Assembly: GCA_016930185.1 (NCBI GenBank)
Contig: JAFGHK010000013.1
Location: forward strand, 1 to 57,778
Length of the DNA stretch: 57,778 nt
Source: Dehalococcoidales bacterium
Lineage (GTDB): Bacteria; Chloroflexota; Dehalococcoidia; Dehalococcoidales; RBG-16-60-22
Direction of reading: 5' to 3'
The position numbers and the translations under genes are program-made. Shown here in pieces: positions 56,228 to 57,778 of the stretch (positions are counted from its first letter, which is position 1; every line of letters starts with the position of its first letter). The notes under the pieces were generated by a model, which was given only the letters and a program-made list of their open reading frames with translations, did no database searches and was not told where the DNA came from.

Positions 56228-56884
56228 TTACCAGTAGCTGTGGCCGGCCTTGCCGGTTACGTAAGGATTGTCCCTCCGTTCGGCGCCGATGGTTGTCTCC
56301 CGGCCGTGGCCCGGATAGATAACGGTATCATCAGGGAGGACCATCAGTTTTTTGCGGATGCTTTCCAGAAGCTGCGGGCGGCTACTACCGGGCATCAGGG
56401 TGGTGCCTATGCCGCGGCGGAAAATCGTATCGCCGGTGAATACCCCGGCATCCGTCAGCAGGCAGATGCTCCCCGGAGTATGCCCCGGCGTGTGTATCAC
56501 CTTAAAGCTCATCGCGCAGATGTCTATAATATCGCCTTCCCGCAGGAGGCGGTCGGGCGGGTGGGGGGTACGGTAAGATATGCCGAACTGCGAACTGTAT
56601 GAACCGTGACCTTCTAAAAAGTCGGTGTCTTCTCTGTGGATAGCCACTTCGGCGCCGGTCCTGTCCTGGATATCGTACAGGGCCGCAATATGGTCGGAGT
56701 GCCCGTGTGTCAGGACGATGATTTTTATATCCAGGCCGGTTTTGGTAATCTCCCGGTAAATGTCGTCGCCGTTACCCCCGGGGTCGATGACAATGCCTTC
56801 TCCGGCCGATTGCCTGCCGACGATGAAGCAGTTGGCTGAAAGCGACCCCACCACGAGTCTCTTGATGATAGGTTTTTCGTCCAT
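56228..56884 (-). CDS. MBL-fold metallo-hydrolase (glyoxalase II-like)
   Basis: THGHSDH, HTPGHTPG, FTGD, YPGHG. Confidence 0.93.
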   Translation of the reverse strand: MDEKPIIKRLVVGSLSANCFIVGRQSAGEGIVIDPGGNGDDIYREITKTGLDIKIIVLTHGHSDHIAALYDIQDRTGAEVAIHREDTDFLEGHGSYSSQFGISYRTPHPPDRLLREGDIIDICAMSFKVIHTPGHTPGSICLLTDAGVFTGDTIFRRGIGTTLMPGSSRPQLLESIRKKLMVLPDDTVIYPGHGRETTIGAERRDNPYVTGKAGHSYW

Positions 56885-57017
56885 CTTGACTTTGCCGTTG
56901 TCCGTTCTAGATATACCGGTATTTCCAAAATAGCAAAGTCGGCTAAAATAGGCAAGTATGGACGGGGGGAAATCAGGTCATGTTCAGTATCTTGCAGATA
57001 TTACCGTGAGGTAAAAA

Positions 57018-57404
57018 TTAGTAGGCGAGAGTTATGGATTTGTTACCGGGAACCCGCTGCATCAGCGAGTTTATCCTAGCGAACAGCTCCAGTGTCCCGA
57101 ACGGCTTGCGCATAAAGTAATCGGCGCCGGCGTTGATTGCTTTCACGCAGGTTTCCGTGGTGGCCTCATGGCTGATAACAATCAGGGGAATGGAGGTCAG
57201 ACGGCGTATACTCTGGCAGGTCAGCCAGCTTGACGCGTAGGGGTTCTCCAGTAGAATTATAAGGTCGTAATTCCGTGATTCCAGACCGCGATAAGCCACT
57301 TCTAAATCCAGCGTAACTTCCACGCTGTAGCCCGCGCCGGCAATCAGCTCCGGTATGGTCGAGGTGGCGGTATAGTTGTTAATAAACAAAATCCGCTTGT
57401 TCAT
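57018..57404 (-). CDS. Atypical (pseudo-)receiver domain protein
   Basis: Receiver fold (PLIVIS, AGADYFMRKPF, ELFARI), but the acidic pocket reads ILFINN and the phosphoacceptor region reads DLIILLE. Confidence 0.75.
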   Translation of the reverse strand: MNKRILFINNYTATSTIPELIAGAGYSVEVTLDLEVAYRGLESRNYDLIILLENPYASSWLTCQSIRRLTSIPLIVISHEATTETCVKAINAGADYFMRKPFGTLELFARINSLMQRVPGNKSITLAY

Positions 57405-57651
57405 CTGTACATGATAAATGTAATACACCCCGTCCGTACTTGAACACCAATAAAACATCTATTTCATTTGAGGGTTAACTCCCATTGTCTGCAGCCTTGC
57501 GGGGGATAATTGAGGGTTAGCACCCAAAATAACTGCATGTTTGTACCGATATGAACGTTTTTAACGTTTGATCAATCAGTACAAATGGGTATATGGTCTG
57601 CGGCCGTTGGCGGGGGATATTCTGGGGATTTAGGGAGGTGATTTTTATGGG

Positions 57652-57777
57652 CTAATAGCCCTTTTTCTTGTCTATCACGTTGAGCAGTTTTCTGCCTTCG
57701 AGGTAGCGCTTGAGGTTATCGCAGAACAGCTCGGTGGCGTGCAGCATGTAGTCTTCCATGCCCCCGGAGACGTGGGG
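57652..57777 (-). CDS. C-terminus of D-2-hydroxyacid dehydrogenase (5' end outside the window)
   Basis: Manual translation PHVSGGMEDYMLHATELFCDNLKRYLEGRKLLNVIDKKKGY*. Confidence 0.85.
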   Translation of the reverse strand, partial: PHVSGGMEDYMLHATELFCDNLKRYLEGRKLLNVIDKKKGY

Positions 57778-57778
57778 A

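Noticed and set aside
224-56955. Numerous antisense and overlapping ORFs in the track (e.g. 27115-27807, 45578-46120, 50904-51491)
   Set aside because: Shadow frames of well-supported genes on the opposite strand, with no motifs or RBS

Overview
Bacterial chromosomal window. Gene content and architecture suggest an anaerobic monoderm, most likely Dehalococcoidia (Chloroflexota); this is inference and was not checked by search. Four blocks: (1) 1-15.7 kb, a minus-strand nonulosonic-acid (Neu/Leg-type) surface-glycan cluster with neuA/neuB/neuC, a Maf/DUF115 protein, a B12-dependent radical SAM enzyme and an ACP + acyl ligase + ketoreductase + GNAT + deacetylase module. It is bounded on the right by what looks like a detached tmRNA (ssrA) 3' end at 15915-15937, suggesting an island boundary. 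(2) 16-27 kb, mixed sensory and metabolic genes: molbindin, a V4R/2xGAF-like/PAS kinase with receiver, a trypsin-fold lipoprotein lacking its catalytic triad, PatB-bicupin-MBL, DinB, TrmH, GYD. (3) 27-34.3 kb, a cobalamin-riboswitch-controlled btuFCD-cobT-cobS-cobQ-cobU salvage operon. (4) 34.4-57.4 kb, a type IVa pilus locus without PilQ/PilP, interleaved with two very large PAS kinases, several receivers, a sensor-less pseudokinase, an OmpR regulator and two BldC-like HTH proteins. The most striking unannotated signal is four promoters in block 4 with identical geometry on the minus strand: TTGTGA-N5-TTGTGA-N15-TTGTGA-N5-TTGTGA-N11-TAnnnT. No CRISPR array, rRNA, complete tRNA, integrase or transposase was seen. 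All calls come from motif recognition by eye.
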